A stretch of 64,000 nt of DNA, taken from the NCBI GenBank assembly GCA_000708835.1, contig DF237069.1, positions 124,001 through 188,000 on the forward strand, read 5' to 3'. This DNA is from Klebsormidium nitens (taxonomy: Eukaryota; Plantae; Klebsormidiophyceae). A program made the position numbers and the translations under genes. Positions 43,505-56,445 of this stretch are shown one piece after another. Numbering within the stretch: the stretch's first letter is position 1; every line of letters starts with the position of its first letter. The notes beneath the pieces are model-generated. The model saw only the letters and a program-made list of their open reading frames with translations. It had not been told where the DNA came from and ran no database searches.

Positions 43505-46500
43505 CTAACGCAAGACTCTACAGTTGCTCACCTCGTGGCTGGCCTGGTGCGAGACGACCACCTCGCCCGCTGCGTCGAGGTCCACCACGAGACTGTCATT
43601 CTCAAGGAACCCCCCCACGAGGATGTACTCGCTCAGCGCGTCCTCCACAAGCGCCGTCACCTTTCTGCGCAGCGGGCGCGCACCGTAGCTGCGGTCGTAG
43701 CCCTCCTCGCAAATCTTGGTGACTACGCTGTCCGTCACCTCCAGCTGCAGTCGCCGCTCCGACAGGCAGCGCGCCTTCACCTCCGCCAGCATCAGGGCCA
43801 CGATCGAGCGCACCTGGGAGCACCGGCGGTGGCAGTGAGCTTGGGAGCAGAGGGAAGATACCCNNNNNNNNNNNNNNNNNNNNNNNNNNNNNNNNNNNNN
43901 NNNNNNNNNNNNNNNNNNNNNNNNNNNNNNNNNNNNNNNNNNNNNNNNNNNNNNNNNNNNNNNNNNNNNNNNNNNNNNNNNNNNNNNNNNNNNNNNNNNN
44001 NNNNNNNNNNNNNNNNNNNNNNNNNNNNNNNNNNNNNNNNNNNNNNNNNNNNNNNNNNNNNNNNNNNNNNNNNNNNNNNNNNNNNNNNNNNNNNNNNNNN
44101 NNNNNNNNNNNNNNNNNNNNNNNNNNNNNNNNNNNNNNNNNNNNNNNNNNNNNNNNNNNNNNNNNNNNNNNNNNNNNNNNNNNNNNNNNNNNNNNNNNNN
44201 NNNNNNNNNNNNNNNGGCAGGTCCGGTCCATGAGCATGGCCTACCTTAAGCAAAACACCCCCTTGGCCCGCTGTGTGCCCTGCTCGATTTCAAACCCAAT
44301 ATTGACATTGCTGGCAAGGAAGTCTACCCGCCTTTGCTGTCAGCAATCGCAATATCAACCAGAACGAAACGAATCAAGAATGGCAGGGTTGCATATGGAG
44401 CGCCCACCTCGGCCTTCTCGAGGGACTTGAAGACGACGACCTCGTCCAGGCGGTTGAGCAGCTCGGGGCGGAAGTAGGCCTTCATCTCCTCCATGACCAT
44501 GGCCTTCATGCGCGAGTACGCACCGCCGTCCGCCTCTGCGGTCGGCAGCACAAAGCCCAGCTGGTTGCTGCCGCCACGAGCAATGACCTGGAAAAAAGGT
44601 ACACCGAAGTGAGCCATCAATAGGAGAAGAAACATTGACAAGTTTGCAACATGCAGCCGCATTCATCCCGGACGGGTTGCTGGGCTTCTTACAGTCCGAC
44701 CGAGGCAGACGTTTTAGAATTACAGCCCATCAGTGCTGCAAGAAGCGCCGAAAAAAACTCGCGGAACATGCAACTCCTGCGCTCTGCACGGTGCCTCATC
44801 GTCCGCGTACCTTGGACCCGATGTTGGAGGTCATGACGATGAGCGTGTTCTTGAAGGACACGGCGCGGCCCTGGCTGTCGGTGAGGCGGCCGTCCTCGAA
44901 GATCTGCAGCAGCATGTTGAACACGTCGGGGTGCGCCTTCTCAATCTCGTCCAGCAGGATCACCGTGAAGGGTCGTCGCCGCACAGCCTCCGTCAGCACA
45001 CCCCCCTCGCCATAGCCCACGTACCCTGCAGTAGAGACTCTGGTTTAAAAATGACGGCCTCGAGAACAGGCCGACATGGAAACAGAAGAACACTTGCAGA
45101 CCGGAATCCGAGTAAGGCTTAACCAAGAAGCCGTGAATGTGATAATACCAATTTTCGGGAAAGCGACCAGTATCCGAGTGCCCACAAGAAAGTAACATTT
45201 CCAGCCACACACCAGTGCAGTACTGCCCAACTGCAGGTTGGCTGAACCGATGAGTAATGCTTGCTGTTGCGAGTGTTGTCTGCGGTGGTCACCTGGGGGC
45301 GCTCCCACGAGCTTAGACACGGTGTGGCGCTCCATGAACTCGGACATGTCTAGGCGGATCATGGCGTCCTCGGAGCCAAAGTACTGCTCCGCCAGGGCCT
45401 TGGTCAGCTCCGTCTTGCCCACCCCTGTGGGGCCCGAGAACAGCATGGCCGCAATGGGGCGCTTTGGATCCTTCAGCCCCACGCGAGCGCGGCGCACAGC
45501 ACGCGCGATGGCGCTCACAGCGTCGTCCTGCAATTTATCAGCGCAGCTGTGAGACGCTGCTGGCAAATCAAGAAAAAGATGGACAAAGATTTGACACACT
45601 TGACCCTATACCTCGTGAAGGAACCCGACCACAGCACGAAGGTGTCCTTTCTGGCCTGAGGCGACTGAAGCACCTTGACAAGGGCACACCCAGAGCGGGC
45701 GTTCAGTGGGCCGCTCCGAAATAGTCCTATGCTCTGCTGCGAGCAAGCTGGCGGAGGAAGTGTTGAGCCCACCTGGCCGATCACGCGCGTGCGCAGCGTG
45801 TCCTCCAGGTCGACCAGGCGCGCACTCTCCTCAGTGGTAAGCTGCTGCACGGGGACGCCCGACCAGATGCTGGCCACCGCCGCAATGTCTTCCAGTCCCA
45901 CCACAACATCCTCCTCGTCCTCCCAGAAGGTGCTGAACCCCGCGCGCTTCACTGCAGCGTCCAGTTCCGAGATGTCTGCGGCGCCCGGGGCGGCCGCAAT
46001 GGCGGCCTTGGAGGGAGCCTCCTCGAACAGATTGAACGAGGGGGATGATGGCTCGTTGGCGAGGACCAGCGCGCTCTGCTGCTGCTTCTGAACTGCCCGG
46101 ATCTCGGCCCAGATGTCGGCAGGCGCTGCCGAGAGGACGCTCGTCTGGCGCTGCTTGCGCATGTTGAAGGCGCTAATGCGGGCGCGGCTGCCAGCCTCGT
46201 CGAGCAGGTCAATGGCCTGGAGAAGAATTTAGGGGGACAGGGTCAAGCCACCGAGGGGACAAAGAAACATTTACGGACAGACCGTTGCGACAGGGAGGGT
46301 GATTTGTCCTCGACGATCTAGTTCTAAGTACGTGCGTCGTATGATTGCCAGTCGGATTTCAAATCCAGTAGGGATTCTTTGAAAGGCAGAGATGACAACT
46401 TCAAGAACAATAACACTCGCCGTTGACTCTTCTGTTGGGAGTCACATGAATCAGCTGTGTGACCTGCAATCATGGTTCCGCCTCACCTTGTCTGGCAGGA

Positions 46501-49261
46501 ACCTGTCAGCAATGTAGCGCGCGGACAGCTCCACTGCGGCATCCACCGCCTGAGGGCTGAACTTGCACTTGTGGTGCACCTCGTACTTGTCCTGGATCCC
46601 ACGCAGGATCAGCTTGGCATCTGCCTCCGATGGCTCTAGAACCATCACTGGTTGGAAGCGCCGCGCCAGGGCCTTGTCCTTCTCAATGTGCTTGCGGTGC
46701 TCATCCAGAGTGGTGGCGCCAATGCACTGTTGGAGGAGCAAGCACAGAAGAAGGTTACTTCATGGACACTGATTGCGCGATGGCTTTCTTCCAAAACACC
46801 TGATATATCAATCAATCTTGATGCCGAGGATGAGAGAAGTGACAAGGCAGAACTTTAGCATATATTGAGCGCGAAGTGTCCTGCAGGATAGATTTGTAAC
46901 TCTTCTCGTCTGCCACCAGCGTTCCACGGGCTTTAGGCAGGGGGGCTTGCATCGCTTTCGGCGCTTACCTGGAGCAGCCCTCGTGCAAGCGCTGGCTTCA
47001 GAAGGTTAGCAATGTCGAGACCGCCACCCCCGGAGCCGCGGCTGACCGAGCCGGAACCGACCAGAGTGTGCACCTCATCAATCATGAGGATAACATCCCC
47101 CGCCGTCTTAGTCTCCTCCACCAGGCTGGTGACGCGCGTCTCCAGCTCACCGCGCTCCTTGGCGCCCGCAATGAGCAGACCCATGTCTAGCGACATCACG
47201 CGCTTCTTCTGCAGGGGGGAGGGGCAGCTGGCTTGGCGGGCGCTTCAAAGCGGAAAATGATCTACCAGGTTGCATGGACGCAAGCCAACAAGTCAGGCGG
47301 CCAACAAGCTGCTTCACTTTCCATCCACAAAACAATCTCTGCTGTCGCTGGGTCTGGCATTGTTGCTGCCGCTATGTCTGGCACGGCAGAATGCATCAAC
47401 AGTAATCTCGACAATCCAAGTGCAGGCGACTTACGTTCAGAAATTCTGGGACATCATCCTTCACAATCCTGAGAGCCAGCCCCTCTGCGATGGCGGTCTT
47501 GCCCACACCGGGCTCGCCCAGCAAAATTGGGTTGTTCTTGGTCCTCCTAGCCAAGATCTCAACGACTCGTTGCACCTCTTTTGCGCGCCCAATCACTGGG
47601 TCAATCTTCCCCTCCGCTGCTCGAGCAGTGATGTCAACACAAAAGTTGTCTAGGGCACCCTTGCCTGTAATCACAAGATCATAGAGTGAGGAAGGCGCTC
47701 TAGCAGCAAACAAGTCAGATGAGAAGTTCCCATAAGGTCTGCAAGGAAACAACCATCTGCAAAGACTCAAATGACTTGCACGCCACTGAGCTCCAGCGCA
47801 CCAGCATTTCTGCCGTTAAGCCTGGCAACTGTCAATTGCAAAACAATGAGCTGACAAGCGGTTGCATAAGGTAAGCTCACCTTTGCGGCTCGTCTGAGCA
47901 GACCTTCTAACACCAACACCTGCGGTCGCCCTCTCACTGGCTGGACTAGGGTTCCCCCGAGTCTCCTTTGCATGCTCGTCGTTGATCTGATCTACAGCCT
48001 CTGCTTCAAGTTTCTCCTTCCGAAGGCCCAATCTGAACATCAGCAGAGCTCGAAACTTAGAATCGCACACCCGCTGACCGGTAAAATACCGCCAACGAAG
48101 AATAACAAAGTCTGCAAGGCTCACAACAGCTCATCAAGTCATTTCCAAGATGCAGGTGTCGCTGCAGACAAGACGAGAGCAAACATCTTGTTAGCACAAC
48201 ACGTTCTCCTGCTCATGTGTGCAACTCACCTTTCGATCAGTTTGCTCGCGCCGCCATCATCCGCTCTGACGAGACCCACCAGAAGGTGCTCAGGAGATAT
48301 GTACTTGTTTCCCAGGCGCTTGCTCTCGTCCGATGCGGCTTCAAAAGCATTCTTGCAGCCCTACAAAGAAAGGAGGCGCACTTATAGGAGGCCTTTCTAG
48401 CTCCTGCTTTTCATGACTAAGAAGACCTTCAGGCATGCCAGTGCCCGTTAGTTGATCTAATTTGGCTGAGAAGGCAGAACACCTCAAGGAAGAGAACACA
48501 GAACTTACCGCTGAAAAGGGGATTTCGCCCATGCCGCCAGCGCTTGACTCTGGAGTAGTGATTTGACGCATTGCTTCCCTGGCCCTTTCAACTGTCAGAC
48601 CTGTCCTCAAGAACCCTCCTTCGCCTCTTGCCTCTGCCACCAGCCCAAGGAACAGCTGAGCAGTCCCAACCTGCACCGTTTACAATTGGTCCTAAATGTG
48701 AGGGTCCAACAATCCTTTTGAATTGGAGAGATGACCTTCATGCATTGATTTTTGGCAGGACGCAGTCTTAGGAGGTCCAAATAACAAGCATAACAACGAG
48801 TAGCTGGATTTCGGGTCCTTCTTGCACTGCAAACAATAATTAAGCTATGAGAAGGGAGCAGCAAGAAAGTCGCGTACCTCCCTCTTGCCCAATGCTTTCG
48901 CCTCCTTTTGCGAATTCATGACAGCCTTGATGGCTCTCTCAGTGAACTTCTCAAAAATGGCCACAATCACACCTCTCCGAGCACCGCCCCTGTGCCTCAC
49001 GCTAGTTGCTGCTGCCAGACTTGCAAGCAGACTGGAGGGACCTGCCACTGATCTGCTTAGCCTGTCCAAAGTGCACTCTCTTCTCAAGCCCGTGCAAGAA
49101 GCATCCAGCATAATTTTGCTGCATGGCGCATGCTTCTGAGCCACATGGGCTTTGCCAGCCTTGTGACTCCTCCTGCTTTGCCTGTGGCATCCTTCTCTCG
49201 CTGAATTGCTGAGTCCCAAGGAGCTAAGAGCAAAGCTAGGTGCTACTGCACTCATTGCCAT
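43505..49261 (-). CDS. CLPD: Chloroplast Clp ATPase chaperone ClpD (ERD1-like)
   Basis: Transit peptide, then [23 protein letters not shown] (ClpD-type rather than ClpC-type). NBD1: [38 protein letters not shown] and [18 protein letters not shown]2: [37 protein letters not shown] and YGARPLRR. The last exon or stop is uncertain because GTGAGC at ~43530 could be a donor. Confidence 0.93.
43864..44215. other. Assembly gap (352 N) inside a ClpD intron
   Basis: Run of N. The flanking exons (...KSLEKAE | [11 protein letters not shown]...) join in frame, so no coding sequence appears to be lost. Confidence 0.95.
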
Positions 49262-50968
49262 GTTGGCGTATCAACGTAGAGCAAAAAGGAGTGTTTGACA
49301 ATCCGCAGAAACAGAGAGGAGCCGCCAGCAATTGATCCAAAAGCAGCACTCTCAAAAACCTCTCACCAACGACTAGGGCTCCAATTGCAGCGGCTCTACT
49401 GACCTCCCTAGCTGTGGGCCTGCTCTGACTTGTAATCTTGCTCGAAAGCGGCTCCTTCCTTCCCCCTGGTGCGCCTCGCACAGAGTCGACACAAGCGACC
49501 TCGAATGCAGAGCTCCTACCGTATACCGGTAGTCCGAGTCTTCGCCAGAGTTCGCCATGAGATTTTGGCGCGCAAGTACGTGGCACTTCCAACACCTACC
49601 GGGCAGACTCTAGGGACACCGGCGTTTGCCACGAGCAAATCCCCGAGATGATCCAGTCTGAGGACCAGCTTTCGCTGACCGTCGGCGTCTATCTGGAGTA
49701 TCCCGGTGAATGCAGCTCCCGATCGGTTCAAACTTTGGCGGTGCTGACAGGTGCCGCTGATCTGGAAAGTCAAAATTCCAACCGTCTTCAGGCAGCTGGT
49801 CTCCACGTCACAAGTGGCACGCGGGAGCGGTTACCAGGCAGCTCCGCGAGTCGCCACGTTGGATTCACATGCATGGGCATTGGGCTTCTGGGGCCGGAAT
49901 TTGGGGTTTGCATATTGTCATTTTTGCCCTGGATTGTGCGGGCCTGGATTGGTACTCTCCCCCGCCATGAGGCTGCACATCGGGGCGACTGTCCCCGAAA
50001 TCCTACGAAATTCATTATGGAATCTGGTACTACAGATTTTCGGAGCTTTTGTTGAGTAGGTACTCACCGTCGGTTGTGTATCCAACGGTGTTAAAATGCA
50101 GACGAGAGATCTCGACCAAATCCGACGGCAAATATAGTACCGTCACTCGAAACCCCCTGGCATGACAGTGCTGACTGACTCGGCCATCGTTGAATTGGCA
50201 GCCTACTGAAGAAGCAAACCATCTGCAGATCAAGTTGGTGTCGGCATTGAGCTGCAATTCGAACACATCGCAAGCCACTCGCTGGACGCTATTAAGTTCC
50301 AGCTTCTCTGTTCTGGCTCTTGATAGACATGCCGGCTCTTTCAAATTGACATATATCACGAGTCCCTATACTAGCTTCAGTGGAAATACATGCGTGAAAT
50401 AGCTTATACAATACATGGTTCAGCTTCAGCCTTTCAGGGATGTAAACGAAGTCATGGATCTTCTTCCTTGCAACATAATTTCGAAGATCCTACATGCGAT
50501 ACACCCTAGTCTTAGCACACAGACAATGAGCGTGAAATGAGCTATGGACAAATTCTGTGTCGTGATAAGGAAGTTACCATAAGGATTGTCAAAAAACTTT
50601 TGGCCCTTTTACTCCAGACATAGTGATGATGCAAACAGCAAAAAAATGTTTCATACAGAAAGTGCAGAAAAGAGTTTAGCGACCTGGCTAAAAGTTTGGG
50701 GCTACCACATATACCCTTCAATCCTACCCGAAAACCACCCTCCCACAACCTGATGAGGCGAGACATTTATACAAGGCTGGATCATCCGCTGTATTGTCCT
50801 AGCACTTATGAACAAGAACCCCAAAAACAAGAAGTTTATAGATCTTTCTAGACAACACTATATTTACAAGATGAAAGCACATGGTGCATCGCCTAGCTTC
50901 GCAAAGCCGTCTTTGCTGTTTCTTAGCTGTACACATGCCTGAATCTGCGGCCCTTTTGCCGCGCGGCC

Positions 50969-53900
50969 TTAACTCGTCCGGTAGCATCCGCCTGGTTCCA
51001 ACAGCGCTGGCTTTAGGACCTTTATGGCTCCTTTGATAGACCCGTGGCAGGCTGGGCACTGCAGGGCCAGGCTGGGCGCGCGGTCTTTGGTCCCGTTGCT
51101 CTGGGTCCTGGTAGGCAACATCAAGCAGGAGGAGCAGAAGCGGCACCCGCACGGGTCCACCGCGGTGTTGGCCGTCAGGGTGTGGCACAGCAGGCACTTG
51201 TTTGATAGCCGCAAGAGAGACAGCTCGCTCTGCAAGGTGGAGGCAGAGTATTATCGGCACTGACTGCGTACACCAGCAAGGGAAGCATGAGCTTCGGGCT
51301 CGAGAAACTACCATGCACTTGCGATCTGCACATTCAGCATATAGAATCTATTTCGACGTTGGAGAGAACTTTCTATCGCCCCGCAGCAAACAGACTGGTT
51401 ACCTCCGTCGGCCTCTGAAAGGAAAGCACTAACTTCCTGTTGGCGTGCGGAAGGACCACGGTCACCAATGGCCTCGCTAGTTCAGCATTAACTAGAGACA
51501 GGGCATAGGCGTGGGCCCGCACCTGCAGCGTGTGCTTCTCCACGAGCAGCGCCGCGATGTTGGCCTCCAGGTCCTTGTGCTTCGCCTCCAACACCTCGAG
51601 GTCGGCCTGGTGGCCCAGGAACTGCGCCTCCTGCGCCTCCAGCTGCTCGTTCAACTGACGGATCTGGGGGCAGACAGCACAGACAGTCAAGACGAGACCA
51701 CCACAGCAGGGACGGCTGCATCATGCCTTCTCCTTGCTATCGCAGTGCTAAGGCTGTCACTACGTCCATCTAAGCGGCACCACTACAGAAAACGGGAGAG
51801 GTCGTAAAGATCTCGTAGAAAACAAACGTCAACTTCACGTTCCAAAACCTCCTTAAAACGGCCGTTTGACTGATGCAACTCTTTTCCGGAAAGGATATCG
51901 ACGTCAAGGAGCCCCCTGCTGAACGCCACCCCTTCCAGGTTTGCCCGCAACCTCATGTCTCAACTGCCCACCTGCTTCCTGAGCGTGCCGTTTGCTGCCC
52001 GCTCCTCCCCCAGCTCGTGCCGCAGCGCCGCCACCTCTTCCCGCAGTGCCGCCACCTCCGGCCTCTCCTTAGCCTCCTCGGTGCGCGTCAGCTCCGCCAG
52101 GCACGTCTCCAGCTTGGCACGCGTCGCCAGCTCTTGCTTCAGCTTCCAGGCCACCTGAGCGCCCTCCGCCTCCAGCCGAACGCGCGCCTCCTCTGCGGTC
52201 CGTAGCTCCCACGCCAGGCGCCGCGCCTCGTGGGCCTCACTGCGGGACCGCTTGGGCTCCGCTCCATCGGACTCGCCTGCGCCCTCAGCAGCAACTAGGC
52301 GCTTCAGAGCATGCCGCGCTGCCATGGTGGCCCCAGGCGAAGTCTGCGGGCTGGAAGGCTGCTGCAATGAGGGGGAAACAGGGTCATGTTACAAACAGAT
52401 TGATGTTAGAGCACGCGACTCAAATGGGACACCGGGTCAGGTCCTGATAATTACAGACGCTTCGGCAGTGCAACTTGCCACCTGCACGTTAAGGATCACG
52501 GGCTTTACTGTACCTTCTCATATCTCGAAACCGATTGGTTTTGAAATTGAGGAGCACCTTGACGTGCAGCCTCCACGGCACATGATACGAGAGCCCAGGG
52601 TGCAGTACACAGGTCAGCCTTCCTCTTTACAAGCTTTCAGCACCTGGTACCAGTGACTTACCGGTGCCTTCTCCGGGCTGGTGGTTGGTGCGGCCGCCTC
52701 GTCTGCACTGTCCTTCTTGCATAGCTCTGCGCAGGCCCCCGTGCTCCTTTCTGGCCCGTTGTCCTCCTTCTTGAGCCGGTCGCTGCTGGAGGGGCCCTGG
52801 TGCGTGGACGCCGCCAGCATCTGAGTAAGGGCCTCGTGCGCGCCAGCCTCGTCCTCGTCCATCTCCGAGAAGTCGGCTGCCCCCAGGTCGCTCACTTTAA
52901 CTGCAGAGAAAACGCACTTCAAGGTTGCTGCAAAAGCCACGAGCAAAAGTAACATGCTTTCATCATGACGGCTTCAGATACGCAAGACACCCTGTTCCCG
53001 GGGTTTCTATTGGCTGCGTGGTTCCGCCGGATAACAAGAAGCGTTAAGCCATGTTCATCGTCTTGTTTGCAAGCAACGATTAGCATATCCGGCTTGGCAG
53101 AGCTCAGGCATACTCCGACTCCGATGACCTCTAAGCCAGGAAACTGCTCCAAAGCAGGAGGTGTTTCCAAACGCTTCGGATCACTGCACAATTGTTGCAC
53201 CTGTGGCCTTACCTTGGAAGCACCTGAGGTGCTGCCTGCCCGCCTGTTGCTCTGACAGCAGCTCCAGCGAATCCTCGCGCCGCACTTTGGCTGCCAGCAG
53301 CAGCCGGTCCACCGCACTGTGCGGCCGCACCGCCTTCTTGGTGCGCGTCCTCTTCTGCAGCCGGAACTCCAAGCTCAGGAAGGGGAACGCCTCCTGCTCC
53401 TCTGACACCGGCTCCGCCTTGGGCAACTTTCGCTTGCGGCCCCGGGGCTGCGCCTCCTGTGGCGTCTTGTTCCCCTTGGGGCTTCCCCGAGTGCTCCGCT
53501 TGAGCCCCGGCGTTCGCCGCTTGCCCGCCCCCTTGGCAGCGCGTGCCCCGCTGTTCAGGCGCTGCTTGCGCCGCAGCTCAAAGTGGTACTGGCAGTACTT
53601 GGAGTCCTCGATGCGCGGCCGTCCGCACTTCCACCCGGTGCCCCCGGACATGATGCACCGCTTGAACTCCCCCTTGAGCTCGCCGCCGTCCTCTGTCTTC
53701 ACTTTGACCCCCTCTGCTGGACCGTTCCCTTGGGCTCCCAGCCGCTCCTGTACATGCCCCTCATGGGCTTCCGCACCAACGTCGTCTGCATGTCCCAAGT
53801 TGTCCAGGCCGCCCGCGAGCGCCTCAACAATCATGCCCACTCGTCTGAGAGACTCCCCCTTGGGCGACATGCTGCTTTCTGGCCGGTAGGGCGGCTCCCG

Positions 53901-56445
53901 CAAACCAGCATCTGCTTGCATGTCCTGATGCCCCTCTCCCCTCTCCTGCGCTCGTAGAAACGCATCTGGCAGCTCGCCCAACACGGCTCTGACAGGGGCA
54001 TGGGCTGTCATGGTGCCACTTGAACCCCCATCTACAACGCTCTCGGCCTTAATGCCAGGCTGCAGTGCCTCCTCATTCTTCCCACCTGCTCCGCCCGTTC
54101 TGGCCTCCTCACTGTACTTGTGCGCAAGCGCCCATTCTGCCAACTCCTTCTCGCTCGCACCAATTGTCACATCTGGTCCCAGTGCGGATGCTCCATTCTC
54201 AAACTCACCCCTCGCCCATGGCTCCCTTGCTGCTCCTGGGGTCACGGCAAACCGTTTCTTCATTGGCAGGTGCTGCTGTGGAAGGAGGGGCGGCGGGCCA
54301 CCATCTTCATCCCCAACAAGCTCGTCACCAGAGGAGTAAGCCTGCTGCCTATCCAGACCGTCTCCCTCAGAGCCCTCAGAATCTGTACAATCATTTCCCC
54401 AACCTCCCCTGTGCACTTCCCTGCGGAGCCCTTCGGTAGTTCCCTGCTGCAGGCTCCTTCTTCGAGTTCTCCTGCGCCCGTTGCTGGAATCAGGGGCCTC
54501 CGCCTCTGCCTCAATGCTCTGAGTGCGGCTCAGCTTCTCGTGCGCCGGCAGGTTTTTGCGGGGAATCAGCTTCCCGTCCACGTAGTCCCTGCAATGCCGG
54601 AAGTCTCTCGTGCATACCAAGAGCCAGAAAATGACCTGATTGACACGGTCTTTGCAGCACCAGCTCTGCATAGCTCCTAAAGTCTGGCCGTATGCTGGCT
54701 TGGGAACTCGCACCTGCTTCATGAAAAGAACAGGCAGCCAGGTATACATGCAATGCAATGTGCAGAATTCTGACAAAAAATGAGGTGCCTGACATACTGC
54801 AACAGCACCTTGCAGTGCGAAGGGCGACCTTGCAATGCATGCACCTTACCTGATATGATATATACAGTAGCGCGATCCCGGGTGCCTGGACCTGCTGCAC
54901 CGCCAGCTGCGGTTGTTGGACTTGCAGCAGCGCTCTCCCTCCTGCAACCCCGGCAGCAACCCCGCCTCCTCCTCCTTGTCCCAACCGCCCGCTTCTTCGA
55001 TTCCCGCTTCCTCGTCCTCCCTCTCCTCCACTGTTTTCTTGGCTGCCTTCCTCTTCGGCTTGACGGCGACAAATTCCTCTTCTTTTAAGGGCTCGTCAAC
55101 CTGTGCCCCTGCCCTCTTCTCCTCCTCCAATGTGACGGCCTTCTGGCCCCTCCTTACACTGCTCTCCTGCTTCTGGTTTTTCCCGCCGCCTTTCGAGCTT
55201 CTTGAGCCAGGCTTGGTAGTGGCAAGCCCTGCGCCACCAATGACCTCATTGTGCACGCTAGCAACAGCGGCCTCTGGTGCGGCGACAGTCAAGCCAAATA
55301 GCTCATGGCTCCTGGTCTCCTCGCTGCACTCTGCTTTCTCAACGGCGTCAACATCCCCACTGACTTCCTTTGCAGAGCCATGTGTCGGAGAGGCAGCTCC
55401 TTCTTGAGGGTCCCCTGCTAAGGTTTGGCCAATGTGTGCTGCTTCCCCAATATCCCTAGTATGTACAAACTCCTTCTCATGCCAATTCCTGCACAGAGAA
55501 GGCTCAGATGGTCAGTACATGCCTTTTGATAGCATCAGCTCTATGGCTTGATGAAGGAATGTATGCTGGTCAATTGGAGTCAAAACATGCTGTCACAAAA
55601 GGATCCCTCCTTCTGACATCCTCCCAGGAGGCAGAATGGACATGCAAGCTTTCAACAACCTGTGGGCGTCGATTCCCCATGAACATTCAGCTCTTGCCGC
55701 TTGCCTCAACTGAAACTGAGAGCCACATTCCAAATCGGAGTTCGCTAGATGGGACTTACATTCCATTGTTCATCCCATGCAGGTTGCTAGCAGCCACCTG
55801 CTGATTGTCTTCTTCTTTGTTCCTGCCCTCTGCCACCACTCCATGCTGTGAAAGACCCATGGCCTGCTCCTCCTTCCGCTTGGCCTGCTCAAGAGTTTCC
55901 CGCTCCAGCGCCGCTGCCACAGCAGCTAGGGCAGCCCTCTCTTCTTCAACTTTGAGCTCCTGCAAGTACCAGGACCCCTCCATTTAACAACAGGCTTCTG
56001 CTTAACCTAGCTTTTATTGAAGCAAGTGAACATGGCCTGCGCCTACCAAAACATTGCTTCTAGAGCGCCCTTGCTTCTAAGGGCTTCTAAAGCCAAAACT
56101 GGACACCTCAAACCACCTGTAGTTGGCGCTTTACTTCCTAACTTTCTGGAGCAAGTAGATGCCCCAGTTGCCTGCCAGATTTTCCACGCCTGCCCAAACT
56201 GTCCAATGTTAATACAGAATAGAAAGACAAGGAGCGCCAAACAAGAAGCCCCATACCTGCAACATTTTCCTCCGTGCAATCAATTCCTCCACAGGATCAG
56301 CCCATGAGAACTGATTCTGGTAATATGCAACTCCACATTTGTTGCAAAGATTCTTCTCTCCGGACGGCCCTCTCCTCCACTGGGAACTCCACTTGATAGA
56401 ACAACAAAAGCATCCTCCATCTGGCCCTTTCACTTTCCCATCCAT
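50969..56445 (-). CDS. GATA zinc finger - WRC - WRC - coiled coil - RING protein (~1144 aa)
   Basis: Eight phase-compatible GT-AG exons totalling 3435 nt: 56445-56257, 55959-55760, 55488-54850, 54588-53213, 52900-52662, 52361-51972, 51663-51523, 51229-50969. GATA finger CFCCSIKWSSQWRRGPSGEKNLCNKCG (CX2CX18CX2C). Two WRC motifs with C-x9-C-x10-C-x2-H spacing. C-terminal RING CLLC...PCGCRFCSSC...CPAC. Confidence 0.82.

Noticed and set aside
43535-44253. ORFs containing long X runs
   Set aside because: Artefacts of the N gap.
50065-50090. Imperfect hairpin CACCGTCGG...CCAACGGTG
   Set aside because: Not followed by a CTRR Helitron terminus and has no tRNA/snRNA features.
54589-54849. Apparent extra coding segment QVRVPKPAYGQ...CTRDFRHC in ORF 53181-54776
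   Set aside because: Splice phase requires the acceptor at 54589/54588, so this stretch is intronic.
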